Positions 39,712-54,001 are shown, numbered from the whole stretch's first letter. The stretch: DNA of 56,111 nt, filler included, from Sluysia triapertura (GCA_046118255.1; 4 parts of 4 records of this genome joined end to end with filler, not necessarily neighbours in it); one strand, 5' to 3'. The notes: generated by a model from the sequence alone, not told the origin. A program made the numbers and translations.

Positions 39712-40638
39712 TCAATAAGTCTTAGGTATTGAGCTAACTAGATTTTTCATCTCCTCCAGGCTGATTTCATCCCAAACAGAAAGAATGGCTGCTTTCAAAT
39801 CCTTTACATGGTCAAATTGGCGTCCATTTCGGTAAACCTTCCGAACGAGTAAACCCCAGAGGTTCTCAATGGGGTTTAAGTCAGGGATAAAAGATGGCCA
39901 ACTCAAAACCCGAATTTCGTTATCTTCAAACCATTTAATTGTCTTGTTGGAAGATCCAGTTTCGGCCTCCAATTTGACCTGCGGCGGAGATGAGGAAGTC
40001 ATTGAGTGTTTGAATATACTTCCATGAGTTTTGTTTACCGTCTAAGAACACAATTTCTGTTTTCCCATTCCAATCAAAGGCTGCACAGACCATCACCGAA
40101 CCACCTCTGAATCAATGTTTTGTGAAGTACTCCGGACTATTCCTCAGGTCATACCGGTAAAACTGGTATCCATTGGGGCCATCAAGATTAAATTTTTTCT
40201 CGTCACTGAATATAATTTGATGCCGTTTTAAAATCCATGATATGTATAATGTGGCCAGTTGACCCCTGCCAACTTGTGCGCTGTTGTGAGTTTTGGTTTG
40301 GGCTTCCTCTTCTCATATCTTAAGTGTTGGCAGTTGCCTACAACCTCTTGGACAGTTCTTATTGAACAAGGAAGCTGATAGACCAATTTAATCTGTTTTG
40401 GAGACATATTTTTGTCTGTGATGTCACGAAGAATGCTTCTTTTGTCTCTCGATTTCAACTTTGGTTTCCGCCCTCTTCTTATTTTCTTGTCATAATTCTC
40501 GGGATCTTGAAGAAATCGACTGATTTTGCTTGCATCTCTGTTAATGCGACGTCCAATTTCTCTTATTCCCAAATTTGCATCTCTGTAGGCCAAAATTTGT
40601 CTAATTTCAAAAGGCAACAATTGTTTCTCCTTTGGCAT
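39712..40638 (-). mobile_element. Tc1/mariner (Tc3-like) transposase pseudogene
   Basis: HTH IREIGRRINR..GRKPKL; IIFSDEKKFNLDGPNG; GGSVMV; WIFQQDN followed by a small deletion; WPSFIPDLNPIENLWG; frameshifts; TIRs not identified. Confidence 0.95.
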
Positions 40639-40818
40639 TTTAAAATAATTTTATTTGTCAAAATTTTTTAATTAAATATATAACATCAATATATATCCTA
40701 AATGCTTCGATAGACAACTTTAAAATCTAATTTAAGTATTGATTCAAAAACAAAGGAATGATAACAAATTTTTTATTATACATAAAATATTATAAAGAAC
40801 TATGTATACAACGTGAAG

Positions 40819-40820
<2 letters not shown>

Positions 40821-40858
<38 letters not shown>
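40821..40858. repeat. (AT)n microsatellite
   Basis: Pure AT run. Confidence 0.95.
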
Positions 40859-40864
<6 letters not shown>

Positions 40865-40956
40865 ATAATTTATACAACAATTTTTATATTAACCAGAGGT
40901 TATCTTTGGGTTGTCTTAAAAACTTTGGTTATTAATTTAAGTGGATTTTAAGACCT

Positions 40957-41056
40957 NNNNNNNNNNNNNNNNNNNNNNNNNNNNNNNNNNNNNNNNNNNN
41001 TTAATTAATTAANNNNNNNNNNNNNNNNNNNNNNNNNNNNNNNNNNNNNNNNNNNN
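40957..41056. other. Artificial contig-joining linker
   Basis: 44 N + TTAATTAATTAA + 44 N. Confidence 0.95.
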
Positions 41057-41218
41057 TATTTTTGAATGAGTTTAATAGTTCATCTAGTAGTTTGTGTATA
41101 TCAGTATCGTTTTTAAATGATGGGTTGTGTTGAGCTTTGTGAGATGAGTTATGATGGATACCGTATGACGAGTTCCCTACAGCAATAATAAGGAAACAAG
41201 AACAATAATAACGATAAA

Positions 41219-42081
41219 TGTGGTGGCCAACCTATTAATTTAACAAATATTTTCAAAAAATTTTCCTTCTAACACAAAAGTCACACTCACCCTCAAAATC
41301 TACAATTCACGTTTTCAAATTCATAGTTCAATATTAACATAACCAAAACCATATCCTTGTAAACATCAGACAATTACCTTTAGAATGTACCAAAACATAG
41401 GCTATATTATCTTCTACACTTTCACTAAACCACACTCTTTTCAATGCATTTTTAAGTCACAATCCAAACACTTAAACATTACTTTCATTCAGAACATCAA
41501 TGTACATTTTAAAGTCCACATAAAACATTTATATTATTTCAAAATAATTAAATCATAACCTTTCAACGCTTGAACTCATTTTCAGCTAAAAACATTAATC
41601 GATATTTAAAAATTCATTTAAAACATTTTATATATTATTTTATAACATCAGAGTCACAATTACACCAAACTAATTCAAACTAATTCAATTTAAAGATATT
41701 AAGTCTAAATAAATTTAAATATGTCAAGAAATATTAAAGAAATAAAGAAAGATCATGTTATTTACTAAACAAATTCAAGGAATATATATATATTTATTTT
41801 TAATGAATAATAATAACATCAGTGTTATTATTATTTTCATTATTTTAAAACTTAAAAATTATCTATTTAATTTGATAGCTGCCATCATCAACGGTGACAT
41901 TTTTAATTCACATATATAGTTTAATGTCACTGTTGATGATGGTTGTGATGATTCCATTTAGTTTATTTGTATTAGTGGTTGACTTTTCAACATAAAAATA
42001 ATTTGTATTATTACTGGCTGTCCTACCAGAGTGGATTTCTTTATTATTTTTATATCTCTGGTTGGACAGCCAATCTACACA
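41219..42081 (+). mobile_element. Family-1 dispersed repeat, apparently complete copy
   Basis: TGTGGTGGCCAACC...GGACAGCCAATCTACACA; hairpins at 41882-41942 and 42015-42072. Confidence 0.8.
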
Positions 42082-43135
42082 AAATACGAAAATAAAAACA
42101 CTTATCAAAAAAGAAAGCATTTATTACTGACCTATTATGTATCAAATTTATTTATCAAACCCGTGTTATGGTAATCATAAAAAGAAAGTATTTGTTGTTT
42201 GATCAAACGTGATAGAGATATTACAAGGGACATGGATGTAAAGGACAAAGTGTTGGTAAATTTTAAATATTGTGGTACATGTCCATTTACTTGCCTAGTA
42301 AATGGAAAACCTGCTTGTGGAATAAATCTTGAAGACGGTTGAGATGAAGACATTTTGCGTTATGACAACGATTTTATATTTGTAATTAAAAATTATAAAA
42401 AAGATGAACATGATGATTTTAAGTTTACCAAGAACTCAATAATAAACAAATTAAGTAATTTCTGTATTCTAGAAACTAATAAATACTTTAAATATCCTGA
42501 TTTAAAAAAACAGTGTAATTGATATATATTTTAAAAGATCAATAATTCAAGTAACATGTAAATGCTTAGGAGTGATATCTGGACGAAGTTCCAATGTAGT
42601 TGAATGGTTATCACCACAAAAGTTCGATAGTAGATATAAGTTACGTGAACTATTTAGTATAGTTTAGTTATGAAAGATAAACTTCATGTAATTAAGATAT
42701 GTAATAACATAGACTATGATGATTTTGAAAACATAAATAAGAATAACATAAAGTGTTGCATGACTTATGTTAGTACATCATAAAATGCAAGAAAGTATAT
42801 CATAAAAACATAATACATGTAGATGGTTTATTTATAACTAAATATTCAGTCTATTATACTGATTTATTAAAAGCAAATGGTAAAATAAAAGCAGGCCAAG
42901 ATTTGTTGGTAAACAATAAACTCTGTGGAATATCTTGTGGATTTGGAGAGGTTAACTTAGTAGATGTGATTCCAGTTTTACTTGAGAACAGAATAGAGAA
43001 CAATAATGAAAATGAACTTTATTCTTTTACTGGAGGAGTTTCAATTCTAAAACAAGTTTGTGTCATAGATAAACCTCTGCGAATGAATATGTCCCAATTA
43101 AGTATTCAACGTAAAGAAAAACTTAAAGATGTTAA

Positions 43136-43751
43136 TATGGTGGCCAACCTATTACCTTAATAAATTTTATCAAAAATTTATGTTACACACTTTCAAAAAT
43201 TCATCAAAAAAATCCTTTTACATAAGTTTCCTTCAATATAACATCCACCTCCAAAGTCTACAACTCACATTTTCAAATTAACAACTAACACAAAAATAAT
43301 TAAAATCATATTCGTTCAACACCACACAACAACCTTGTAAATTTAGTTACAACCGTTTTTATACCTTAATTCTTTTCACATCCACCAAAATAAACTTTCA
43401 CTTTTTAAAACACTTCAAACCTACAACCTTATAATATTCAAAACACAATCACATTCAATACCGGCAATTTACATTTAAGATATTCATCAAAAATACTTTA
43501 TTCGACACTTCATAACAATTCAATCACAATCACATTCGAAATTTACAAACAGACATCTTCAAAGCAATCCAAACATTATAAATTCACGATCTTGTATCAC
43601 TAAATCCTAACAACCAAACATGACTTTTCTTCAAAACACCAAGCACACATTTAAAACTAATTTAAAACATCTGAAATCGTAAATCTCTAGAATCACAAGA
43701 TAATAACAGTGTTTTAAGTTTTTAAAGAATCTAAGGACTCCATGCATGTGA

Positions 43752-43799
<48 letters not shown>

Positions 43800-44169
43800 C
43801 ATTCTTGTTGTTATTATCATCCTTGATTTCATCATTTTTTACCTTTAAATATGTCAAGAAATTAAGGATTTAAAAGACAGCTCTTAAGAAATAAGAATTT
43901 ATGCAGTAATAACAATAATGATAACAACATTGCTGTTATTATTATTGTTATCATTTTTATTTTTTATCTTTATCATTTTTAATTTTCAAAATATTAAATT
44001 TTATGCAAATCAGTAATTACCACCATCAATCACTGTGTATAAATTTACGTCAACATTGATGGTGGCTCATCTCATTCATGTGGCAATAAACGTTATTACT
44101 GGTTGTCCAGCCAGAATGATTTCTCCACTATTTTTATATATTCCTGGTTGGACAACCAATCAAGACACA
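43136..44169 (+). mobile_element. Family-1 dispersed repeat, apparently complete copy
   Basis: TATGGTGGCCAACC...GGACAACCAATCAAGACACA; internal (AAT)n at ~43752-43797; hairpins at 44020-44065 and 44100-44158. Confidence 0.8.
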
Positions 44170-44379
44170 ATAAATAATAACACTTTTTACTGTTTGTCTT
44201 TTTTGAATATTATTAATAAAAAATCAAAAGACAAAAAGGTGAATAACCAAAATTTCGTTTGCTAAGAAAGGTAATTAAAAATTCAAACGAAAATAACGAA
44301 AACATTTTAAAACTGAAAACCAATTTGAAATTATATAATCATTTAATTCAAATAATCTAAAAAATTACTGAACTTATTT

Positions 44380-45030
44380 ATGCTGTCCGCTAAGTCTGAA
44401 AGTTATGAAAATTTCGATATCGAAAGTAAATCAATAAACGACACTGATTTTAGTAACGATGATAAAGATGACGAGTACGAAGCTAACAATAACAATCACA
44501 AAGATGATGATTACAAAGTTAACGATTATAAAGATGATGATTGCGAAGCTAATGATAACAATCACTACAATGATTTTGATGATTATGAACTTGGTAATAA
44601 AGAAGATGATGCTATGAATAAACATCCTGATGATATTTAAACATCCTGAAATGTCAATAAATGTCAAAAAAAATATACAAATGAGTTTACTAAGTTTATT
44701 TCAAACCAGCCTAATGTGATTGCCTTTTGTCTATTCGCCACGGATAATTATGGCATATGTGTAAAGAATGGAAGTCGTTGCTGTTACGCGCATAATGTAT
44801 ACGAATTAGAATCTAACAAAAAGATTGAAACAAGTTGTGATCATCACTCAGCAAGAATAGTTTGACTACTCAGAAGTCTTGGAGCACTAACTAACTCGGT
44901 CAACAACAATTTAACGAAGAAAAATCAAAAAGTAAATGATCTTTTTATTCACATTCGTAATATTATGAATTTTTATATTTTTTTAGGTGAACATGGAAAA
45001 CTAGAAGACATACGCAGGATCCAATACTTT
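44380..45030 (+). pseudogene. Acidic-repeat plus CCCH zinc-finger gene (paralog of the 14.3-kb finger), disrupted
   Basis: Asp/Asn-rich repeats (44380-44640), CLFATDNYGICVKNGSRCCYAH at 44728-44793, in-frame stops, GT-AG intron 44932-44986. Confidence 0.5.
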
Positions 45031-48000
45031 AAATTTGAAATTATAAATAATAAATCTTTATGTAATTTTCATCTTTTTTATAGTAAAGCATTTTTATTTC
45101 GAAAACGTAAAAGAAATAATTTTATTAAAGTATTTTTGTTTTGAAAATTTAAAAGGAGAATTTTTAATAAATTCAAATAGTGTAGTTTATAAATGTAATG
45201 TGAAATATAAATTGGGTTTTAATTTTAATTTTAAGTTAACAATTATTAAACCTCTTCATATATCACCACAAAAATGGTGCCAAGAGTTCAAAAGAACCCT
45301 GCTTTCACCACCACAGTTAAAATATTCCTCGTGTGCCATGATGCTATTTCTTTTAAATTTCGTCAATTTTATCGTACATCCAAGAAGGTAATATATCGTT
45401 TATCAGTTTCTGTCAATCCAACATTTCAAAAACAGTGCAATAATGAATTGATTCCAAGTCAATGTATTAGCACGACATTTTGTCCATTTAGCAGTAGCTT
45501 AAAAGGTTCTTGTACAAAGTTTGGAAGTGAATGGCCATATGCACACACGACTAGTCAAGTGGCGAATGGCAATCTTCAGTGTACTTCTTAAACCGATCAT
45601 CTGTTTAGAATTGAAAATTTGTTAAAATGTATTGGAATTCAAGCTTCGGGAACATACATCAACAATGGTTATTTCGGTAATGACAACGTAATTCTTCTTT
45701 ACTTTTACTCTAAAAACAATTTAACTTTCTTTTTTCTCTTAGGTAGAGAAGGATGGCTAAATGACGATACAGAAAGCATCATGAACTTTTTACGTAACAA
45801 AAAATTTAAATTTTGTAGTTTTAATAAACTTTTCATTGTTTATATATTTTCTTTAATTAGTAATAGACTGTTAAACATAAAATTTGTTCTTAAGTCCATA
45901 AATTTCGAATTAAAAATAAAAATTTTAAAGAATAAAGTAATAGAATATTATATAAACTTGATATTACATAACATAAAATTGTTGAATAATATAAACATCA
46001 TAATTTCCCAACAATAAAAATAAATAATAATTTTATAAGATAAAGGTTGACAGCTATTAAAAGATAAAATTTGTACTTTAAAATTAAAGCATGTTGAGCC
46101 TTTAATTTAATGTTAAGATTTTAAATTTGATTTTTCCCCTCTCATTAGATCAAGGTTGAAAATAAAAATTAAAAAAATTTAAGTTGATTTTAAGGTCTTT
46201 CCTCAGTGAGAAAAGCTAATCATATTATTAATAAAACTTACTAAGTAATATACAATTTTGATATACAAATGATTTTTCAAAATAATAACTGAATTGATAC
46301 TGAGGTATAAATTGTTATAAATTATTATTAATTTATCTTATTTCACTGACGCAAATATATATATATATACTAGTCAGTAACCAATCACAATTAAGTATAA
46401 TTCCAGAATTTTCGTTTTCGAAAATAACTTTATTTTGTGGTTCAAAAGGGTTGTAATGACAATTTAACAAGCATGAATTTAAAAAATTTACACTTCCATA
46501 TCGGACAACTGAAGCGAGTTAAAAGAACTCATGATTTTATATTAACATTAATTTGAATTTAATTATAATTTGAATTAATTTCTGGAAATACATAAGATAA
46601 TCTTATAAAGTTCATGAATAGTTGTGATAGTAAGAATTCAATTAAAAAATTATCGTTTATGGTTATTAATTGTTAACACACATGCAAAGTAGATAAAATT
46701 TTAACATTTGTCTTACGAGATCAATAGGTTTTTTGAGGATTCCCCAAGTGATTTAAAGTAATAAATATAAATGTTATTTATTACAAGATATCTATCAGGA
46801 AAGTTGCAACAAAAACAGAACGAATTTTTGGAACACGTTTAGAGTGATAATTGTTATTGAACTAGTAAGTACAATAGCTACATAAAAATAATAATATTTA
46901 TATATTTATTATTTATTTAATAATATTTATAATAATATTATTAAGTAATCTTTATAAATTTAGTGGTATAATTACGCAGTTTTATTGCATTTATGTTTGT
47001 GTGTATTTGTTGTATAATTCAATTTACAAGTGAAGTTCGCGTTTATTTTTGCTTTTGGTATTGAGATTTCAAACTAATTAAAGTTTATAAAACTGTGCAC
47101 TTCCATTTCTACAAAAAGACAAATTTAGAATTAATCACAACGTACAGAACTAAACGTCAACAAGAAAGGTGAATTAAACGCAAAGCATATAATCAACTTC
47201 AAATAAATATTAACATTGCAAAGTTAAAAATAATAAATTCAAAATATTTGAAAATTTAAAAATAATAATAAATTTAAAAATAATAATAAATTTAATAAAT
47301 AAATAATACATTTGTGGAATTAAAATTTTAATTGAATCAAATATTTGAAATACTTATTATATAATAATAGAATTATAACAGCTGCCTTGCCAAGAGTATA
47401 AAAGTGAATAATGGATTTAATAATACAATTAATAATTAACTTTAGAATTATTAAAATTAAAATCCACAACAGAAAACCAAAATTGATTGAAGATAACGCA
47501 AAATACTAAGCGGAATAAATTTAACCAAACTTTGGCTTGCTTATATTGATTTTGTAAGTTTATTATTTTGATAATATCCTACTTAAACTAGATTTTCATT
47601 TGAACTAGTTGAAACCAGCTATAAAATCATTCGAAACAAAATAAAAAAGAACAATAAGACATCCTCTTATTAGTATAAACAGATTATCATTATTATAATT
47701 ATTGTTATAATGTTTATACCTTTTAGTAAAGTAAATCATTTTGAATAACAAAACTTGCTACATAATAGTTCATCGTCTTTTGCTAAACATCTCGATAGTA
47801 GGTGTCGTAATTTAACTAATTCAATTTAAGGAAGTACCCTCAGAGAAGATATACACAATTATAATTGAAACATTATTTCTCGTTTTAATAGAATAAATAA
47901 ATAGTCAAAACCATATATATGTCTATATCGACATGTCACTAAGGCATTAAGCCATAGACTGTAGACAAACCCGTAACGTTATTTTACAAAAGAGTTTAAT

Positions 48001-49866
48001 AAACGTATACATAAAACATGTTAAGTAATATTCTTTGTAACAATTAAAGTAATCATTTTTATTACAAAATTTTTTTTGAAATTATAACATTGTTCTCTCT
48101 TTTAATTTCACTCCTACTTATTTTAATTTAACATACTTTATATTATACTGTAAGAAATCTTTGTAAGATATGCAAATGTAGAAAACAAATTTTATAACTT
48201 AATAAAGATTTAACAAAAGATTATTTAATAATTTTATTTGAATTAATAAAAACAATAAAATTACTAAACAAAGTTATAAATTTATAAAAGAAATTAACTC
48301 ATTACTGGCCGCTGACGTAATAATTTTTTTGATAGAATGACTTTGTTTGTGTTGCCTTCAAACAGTCGATTAAGAATTTTTAGCGGCCTGTTATGAGTTA
48401 ATAGCTAATTTATGTCACTGTAAAAGTCATTAAAGTTTAAAAAAGAATTTTATTGTTGATCATAAAAAGTTATTAAACAAATATTATGCCAAATTAATTA
48501 CGAATATAAAAATATAATTGACGAAAGATAAAAATTGTTAAAAGAAACACACATATTATAATTACCAACAAACAAGAGAAAAAATAATCACAATAATTTA
48601 GAAAATTTGTTGTTCAAACATTCGGATCATTAAAGAAAATCTAAGTTTTTTTACAATGTTCCAGATAATTGTTCTAGTTTCAAATTAATCGGCTGTTGTT
48701 AAAGAAATCGTAAGCTTATTTTTGTAAGATTTAAAATCCAGTAAAAATCATTATATTTTCCAGATTGTTGCAAGGACAAACTCAAAATCAAATTCTACTA
48801 TTTTTATTAGAAGAAAATTCTAACATTTCAAATTATTATATTTATTATTATTGTGCTGAGAGGTCATTTTTTGGAAATTTGTTAATTCGTATACAGATTC
48901 ACGCACTTAAAATATTTTGTGAGAACCATTTGTGTAAAATACATTATATTTCATTGTTATTATCAGTTAATAAAATAATTGATGTAGTTATAGGATAACA
49001 AAGACACCTGAAGAGCATTATAGCAAATTAAGGGGCCTTCGCAAGAAAGTTATTCTAGAAAGATTATTGACAAAATTTAGAAGAATTCTTAAGGGCCAAA
49101 AGATTAAAAGTTAGAAATTACAGCTACTTACAACTGTCTTCGATCAGATATTAATAATTTGAGTTTGCGAGATAGAAATAAAATAAAACATTAACAATAC
49201 TAATAGAATTAATGATTCGATAATAAATATTCCAGATTTGTTCAAAATGAATCCAACTTGGTTTTGTTCGAGGTTATATGTCTTCTATGTTTAGTTTTAA
49301 TGAAAACGTTACTTTCCAAAAGTGGCTTTATCAATACATAGACTTTAGCAATACGTAGCCTTGACATTAATTATTTAAAAGTTTAACTGCATAATTATTT
49401 AGTCGAAAAGGAAAATTACAATTTTCTAAATTTTGTCCAAACATTTCGAAAAGAAAAATAACTGATTTTTTAATCATTTACAATTGAGTATGTACTTTTA
49501 TAATAGTACTGTCAAATGAAGCACAAATGAGCGTGTTGTGTATAATAATTGTATTAAATTGTATTACATACAAATGTTAACCAACAATGCTATCTGTGAT
49601 AACCAAAAAATCGTATTAACATTTATTGAAAATAGTGAGTACATTTTATTTATGGAAGTTATAAGCAAATTGAACATGTAAATAAATCATATTAATGACT
49701 AATGAGCTATTAAACTTTTTACTGATTAAAATAAAATGACTTTTACCCATCGCAAATCATCAAATAAGAATAAACATTTGTTCAGTTCACATTGAATTTT
49801 ACTGAAAATTTATATAAACAAAAACTTAGAACAAATTAAGACTACAACTAATAAATTTTAAATTAC

Positions 49867-50745
49867 CTTTACTTTGAACGACATTGTTCACTTTTGCATC
49901 AAGTAAATAATCTAGCATTATATCAACACAACTATTAACATCTTTAATGTTTTCAACTTTGACACCAGTTTCTCCATGAATACCTAATCCTAAAACATAC
50001 GAATTTTTAGGAACTTCAAAACTTTTATCCAAAGAAAATGGTATGTTACAACCAGAAAAACTAATACCAATAGTACCAAGCTTATTACTTTTCAAAATAG
50101 ATTCAATATTCTTTTTGATTTCCTCTAAACTTAATCCATTTTCGGCCATTCCACCAGCTAACTAAATCCAAATATTCAATTCTATAAACAAAAAATAAAC
50201 CTTAAATATTAAACTTATTCCAGCTAAGCCACGTCTTCCAGCAAACTTCATGTTGCTTTTGTTTGAGCAGTCTTCTCCAACAACAATCATTTCTACTTTT
50301 ATACCAATTTGTTTAGCTTTATTAGCAGCTTTACTAAAATTAATTCTGTCTCCAGTATAATTTAATACGATTAATAATACACCGCCTAAGCACAATTAAA
50401 ATGACAAGTGAAATTACTTTTATTATTTATTCCAACCGAACAAATGCATGTAAAGATATCCGCAGAACTAGGAGATGTAAACAATTTTCCGCTTACGGAA
50501 GCAGTAAGCATACCTCTACCTATAAAACCAATGCTTAAAGGTTCATGGCCTGAACCCCCACCACTAATTAAAGCAACTTTATTCTATATAAATCTTAATT
50601 TTTAATAAGGAAGTACTTTAGTGAATTCTTTCTGAATTAGAATAGGTTTATCGGCGAGTTGACAAACACGATTATTAAAAACACAATAAGATTTTAGGAA
50701 TTCACTAAGATAAAGATCTTTATCATCTAAAAGCTCAAATGACAT
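49867..50745 (-). CDS. TKFC: Dihydroxyacetone kinase / triokinase-FMN cyclase-like gene, Dak1 (K) domain; exons 50745-50617, 50583-50418, 50385-50201, 50161-49867
   Basis: [50 protein letters not shown]; three frame-preserving GT-AG introns of 33, 32 and 39 nt. Confidence 0.92.
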
Positions 50746-52199
50746 GTATACTAATTAATAAAAATAGATATTTTATACGAAAAATTATTATTTTTGAAAC
50801 TCAAAAATATAAAATAGTTATTTTGATTTTAAATAATTTTTGGTTTTAATATTTTCATTTTTTTATTTATAATTTAATGCTTATTCTTTTAATATTACAC
50901 ATCAAAAATAATATTAAAGATTTTTGTAATAATTTATATATTGTAACTATTAAAATATTAAAAATATTAAATATAAATAACCAAGTTGGTTAAATGTAAA
51001 ATGAAATATTTTTATGCACATAATTCATATGTAGCTTTCATGTGATATACCCTAAACAGGATTAACCTGTGAACATGTTACGTGTTGCTATTGTTTTAAA
51101 TATGTCGTTATGTTACATTAGGGTGAGCTTGTTTTGTCCCAGAAAATTTTTTCGCGACGAAATTGGTCAGACAGTAAGTTTTTCAAAACACTGATTTCTG
51201 TAAGGAAATTTTTTGTAAACTTATGTGCAACTTGTACTACTAAATTTTTCTGAGAAGTTTTTAATATATTGTAGTAATATATTGTGGCACTAGTTGATGT
51301 AATCTAGTTTTCTTGCAATGCAACTACACAATAAATTATTTTAAATGTGGCAATTTTCATTACTTTGAGTCGATTGTTGACTGCGTGATGAAAATAATTC
51401 ATCAACTATTAATTTATTGATTTAAACTTTAATTAAGATATGTTTTATTAATATTAGTTACCACTCCTAGGATTTTGCTATAATTTCTTATTAAATTCTT
51501 TCATTCAATAATTCGAATCAAATACACAAATTTCGGTTTATTTTGATATATAAAATATTGGTTTTGGTTCATGATTCTGAATCGTTGCAAAATTGAATGC
51601 AATGTCATGTATACAATTGAAATCATAAGTAGTTACGACATTGCTGACAAAACAATACCTTTACTATTCTGTTTAACACCATTTGTCAATAAATTTTTGA
51701 AAGCTCACACACTACGGAAAGAGATAAGATTTTACTGGTCTTTTATTATGGTCTGCGCTTCGACTGTATTAATTACGTTAACAATTAAACGATTCTTGAA
51801 CTCATCGATTTGATATCTAGGGATTCCCATTTGATTAACGGATAGCGTTCAGTCTCAACTTCAATCAATTATTCTTCAAGATTTTTCCAAGCTAAACAGT
51901 AAGATTTACTCATATAGGTGTTTAATCATTTTTTGTTGGAAGAATAAAAATATACTTAAAATCTCTGATAGGTTTTTTAGCTAGTTTTAAACTGCTTTTA
52001 TTAGGTTTAAAAATAAATTAATATTTTGCGTTTTTATACATAATAAATTTTATACTTAAATGTTTTCAGTCAACTTACTTATTTATATTCTTGTTCTTAA
52101 AATCGAACTGTTTTGTAATTTTGTTTTGCGGTAACCAATTGTATCTAATATTCTATGTTAATATAGCTTCATCATGTTAGAGTTATTTAATTTGAATCT

Positions 52200-53256
52200 T
52201 TGATTAGAACCATATTAATTAAACATCCCTTTCATATAGGTGCATCTAGGATATTCCTTACAAACTGAACATTCTGCACGAAGTTAAGTAAAAATCTTAG
52301 CATGCTTATACAATTATAAATTTTGAAGAAATTATCATTTTTGTTTCTTATGTAAAGTTATACATAGTGTGAGATTTTGATTAAAAAACTTTTGTTTTCT
52401 TTATTTATATATAATTTAATTGAGTCCTCTATGACAACGGGCTTACACACATAAGGGCCAATGCATAGATGTCAGCGAAAGATTATTAGAAATAGTGGAA
52501 GTCAACTAAAATATTTTGGATAACTTCGATTGAGATTCTGCTACTTTTAGCGGGATTAGTTAAAATAATATTTTATATATGATCTAAAAAGATCTGAAAT
52601 TAATAGTTTGAGATTATTATAAAAGATCAAAAACTTTTTTATTATTTGTTACATTTTAAATATCTTGAATCTATTTAATTTAGTTGATTCGAAAAGAAAT
52701 ATTAATAAACAGCGTAATAAAGAGTAGTTTTCTTTAATTTCAAAAATTGTATTTATTTATACTTTGCAAACTGAGTTATGAAACAATAAACTTAATTTAT
52801 TTAATTTATGTACAACATCGAAATAATAAAAGAGTGAAAAGAATATCAAAAGATAATATTACGTTTTGTATAATAATACTGTTACAATGTAAGTATTCAA
52901 GTAAACTATACGAAAAATTTGTGGAATAATTATGAGGTAATTTATATAAACCAATTACAAATGATAAATTTATTAATTAATATATAATGTTACAACAATA
53001 TTGAGTAAAAGGCGAATAGTGAGTTCAACAAAAGCATATTTTCAATACCTTGTAAATAACTTTAATGTTTCGTAAAATTTAATCAATTTAAAATTTAATT
53101 TCATAAGGATTATGAATAAGTGATTAAATATTATTACTTTTAGTAATAATGGTTGAAAGATTTTTTATTCGTAATAAAATTTACTGATCAATTTTACTGA
53201 AATTTTTACTGTTTATTAAAAGCAACAATTATTTTACAGTAATATGGATTAACGTG
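52200..53256 (-). mobile_element. Highly decayed piggyBac relic
   Basis: GATTAACGTG-TTCA at 53247-53260 resembles the TIR/TSD at 11693-11706; minus strand CKPVVIEDS (KP..I.DYN-like) and ECSVCKEYP (Cys-rich tail). Confidence 0.4.
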
Positions 53257-53580
53257 TTCAAAAATTAATTTTGTTTTTATATGAATCGCTGACAACTATT
53301 GAAATTTCAACTCAAGAAATAATCACATTAATAACAAAATAAATTTCTTAAAAATTACTCGTTGCAATATTTGAATTAACAAATAAATGTAATGAAATAA
53401 ATTGAATAAATTAAACTTTAAAATTACTTTCTGATTGTTATGTGAAGTTAAGTTATGTGTGAAAGCATTATTTATAATAGATTGTTCTTTTAAGGTCATG
53501 GACTTTTAAGTGCAATAAGTGATGAGATATTTAAACTAAGTACTAGATATTTTTTAAATAACTTTTACATTAATAATAAT

Positions 53581-53900
53581 TGTGGTGCCACGCATATCTC
53601 AATAATTTCGTTACCCTCAAAATTTATTGAATTCCGTATTCAACCCATTCATTTCACTGTTGCTTTCCCAAATTAACATAAACTATAAATCATGCTCTCC
53701 AAACTCCAAATCTCAAACTAAAATCATTTTTATCAACATCACAGTTCCTTCCCCTCTGATTACCATCCACACCATCATCATCACTCTCAATGTCACCTTT
53801 ATCCCCTTTTTCATTTTATTATTTTTTCACTTTTTATTATTATAATTTTTATTAATTTTATTATTTTTATTACTTTTATAATTATTATTATTTTAATTAT
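53581..53900 (+). mobile_element. Diverged Family-1-like copy
   Basis: TGTGGTGCCAC start, ACCCTCAAAAT block, C-rich body, TTA-rich tail. Confidence 0.45.
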
Positions 53901-54001
53901 TTTTGTTTATATAACCACCTTCAAAAATATTATAAGTTATTTCAAAAATCTATTATTAGTATGCCAAAAATTTTAATGTAACTCTCATAAACAAAATTGA
54001 A

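Noticed and set aside
44524-44545. FLAG-tag-like peptide DYKDDD
   Set aside because: Part of a natural Asp/Asn-rich degenerate repeat (DYKDDDC, not DYKDDDDK); no vector context.
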